NCBI RefSeq assembly: GCF_963921235.1
Contig: NC_086097.1
Coordinates: 1,736,001-1,800,000, forward strand
DNA from: Mobula hypostoma
Lineage: Eukaryota
DNA length: 64,000 nucleotides
Reading direction: 5' to 3'
In this document: one piece after another, positions 62,611-64,000 of the stretch
How the letters are laid out: each line of letters begins with the position of its first letter
Numbering within the stretch: the stretch's first letter is position 1
Program-made: the position numbers and the translations under genes
Notes under the pieces: model-generated
What the model was told of the DNA's origin: nothing
Seen by the model: only the letters and a program-made list of their open reading frames with translations
The model's database searches: none

Positions 62611-63739
62611 CTCATGCCCTGGGTGTTGGAGGTCCTTAATAATGGACACTGCCTTTCCGAGACATCGCTACCTGAAGATGTCCTGGGTACTTTGTAGGCT
62701 AGTGCCCAAGATGGAGCCGACTAAATTTACAACCCTCTGCAGCTTCTTTCAGTCCTGTGCAGTAGCCCCCTCCCCCCCCATACCAGACAGTGATGCAGCC
62801 TGTCAGAATGCTCTCCATGGTACATCTATAGAAGTTTTTGGGTGTATTTGTTGACATACCAAATCTCTTCAAACTCCTGATGAAGTATAGACGCTGTCTT
62901 GCTTTCTTTAGAACTGCATTGATATGTCTGGACCAGGTTAGATCCTCAGCGATCTTGACACCCAGGAACTTGAAGCTGCTCACTCTCTCCACTTCTGATC
63001 CCTCTATGAGGATTGGTATGTGTTCCTTCGTCTTACCCTTCCTGAAGTCGACAATCAGCTCTTTCGTCTTACCCTCGTTGAGTGCCAGGTTGTTGCTGCA
63101 GCACCACTCCATTAGTTGGCATATCTCACTCCTGTAGCCCTCTGGTCACCACCTGAGATTCTACCAACAATGGTTGTATCACCAGCAAATTTATAGATGG
63201 TATTTGAGCTATGCCCAGACACAGTCATGGGGATATAGAGAGTAGAGCAGTGTGCTAAGCACACACCTTGGAGGTGTGCCAGTGTTGATCGTCAGCGAGG
63301 AGGAGATGTTATCACCAATCCACAGAGATTGTGTTCTTCCGATAGGAAGTCGAGGATCCAATTACAGAGGGAGGTACAAAGGCCCAAGTTCTGCAACTTC
63401 TCAATCAGGATTGTGGGAATGATGTATTAAATGCTGAGCTATAGTCGATGAACAGAATCCTGACGTAGGTGTTTGTGTTGGCAGTGAGGCTGATCAACAC
63501 CTCCACCCACTAACCCACCCCTCTACACCCCACCACCACTACTTTATCACTTTCTGTCAAAGTCACCTTATGTACAGACACTCCTGTGCCTAGCATCACT
63601 CTATGGACATAAAATTATATTTATTGTTTTTTTTATTATTGTGTTCTTTATTTCATCGTGTCATTTTGTGTGGTATCAGATCCCCAATAACAGTTATTTC
63701 ATTCTCCCTTACATTCCCGCAGATACACAGGTCTTGTAA

Positions 63740-63930
63740 AACCTCCCCCCCCCCCACCCCACCCCACCTTTTTATTCAGCTTCTTCCCACTTCCTTTCCA
63801 GTCCCGATGAAGGGTCTCGGCCCGAAATATCTACTGGTTATTCCCCTCTATAATGTTGTCTGACCTGCAGAATTCCTTTCGCATTTACGTGTCTTTCTCT
63901 GGATTTCCAGCATCTGCAGTGTCCTGTGTT
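63740..63930 (+). mobile_element. Decayed PLE terminus with degenerate hammerhead
   Basis: CAGTC-CCGATGA-AGGGTCTCGGCCC-GAAATATC-TACTG then TTTCCAGCATCTGCAG tail. Confidence 0.6.
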
Positions 63931-64000
63931 TCGGGTTTACTCTGTCGTTGTGTAGCAGTTGACCGTCCCCACCCCACGCCACCCCAGTCAGGAGCGGAAG

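Larger units (their letters stand above)
58110..63480 (-). mobile_element. Rex1/Babar-like LINE hosting a PLE (which itself hosts a CR1)
   Basis: ORF 62699-63112 (KTKELIVDFR, KFLGV, ESILTGCITVWYG); the 3' part continues at about 58110-58423, split at AGGGCA|TGCCC. Confidence 0.8.

Noticed and set aside
60418..62649. 743-aa ORF as a domesticated host gene
   Set aside because: Explained by nested TE junctions; the RT portion is frameshifted at about 60420 and no promoter is evident

Overview
Eukaryotic (vertebrate) genomic DNA. It is most likely from a cartilaginous fish, inferred from an HE1/V-SINE and the CR1, Rex1/Babar and Penelope families present. The large majority of the window is a nested mosaic of decayed transposons: CR1 LINEs, Rex1/Babar-like LINEs, a broken Gypsy provirus, solo LTRs, Tigger and Tc1 DNA-transposon remnants, Penelope-like elements (PLEs) and minisatellites. 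The only host gene is a compact 4-exon c-fos-like gene on the minus strand (CDS 45315->43629, 276 aa) in a TE-free CpG-rich island. It has a TATA box, an SRE/CArG, an intron-1 CRE/MEF2 cluster, four Capicua-type octamers, and a 3'UTR with AREs and a Roquin-CDE-like stem-loop. A second CpG-rich element about 22 kb downstream (21.0-21.26 kb) carries CArG, CRE, STAT and CCAAT motifs and looks like an immediate-early enhancer. The most striking unannotated system is a family of minimal (dimer-dependent) hammerhead ribozymes in PLE termini. It includes a 1.2-kb fold-back PLE insertion with a 13-bp TSD and a 63-bp TSD-flanked mini-insertion that starts exactly at the predicted ribozyme cleavage site. 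TE boundaries were read by eye and are approximate unless a TSD is quoted.
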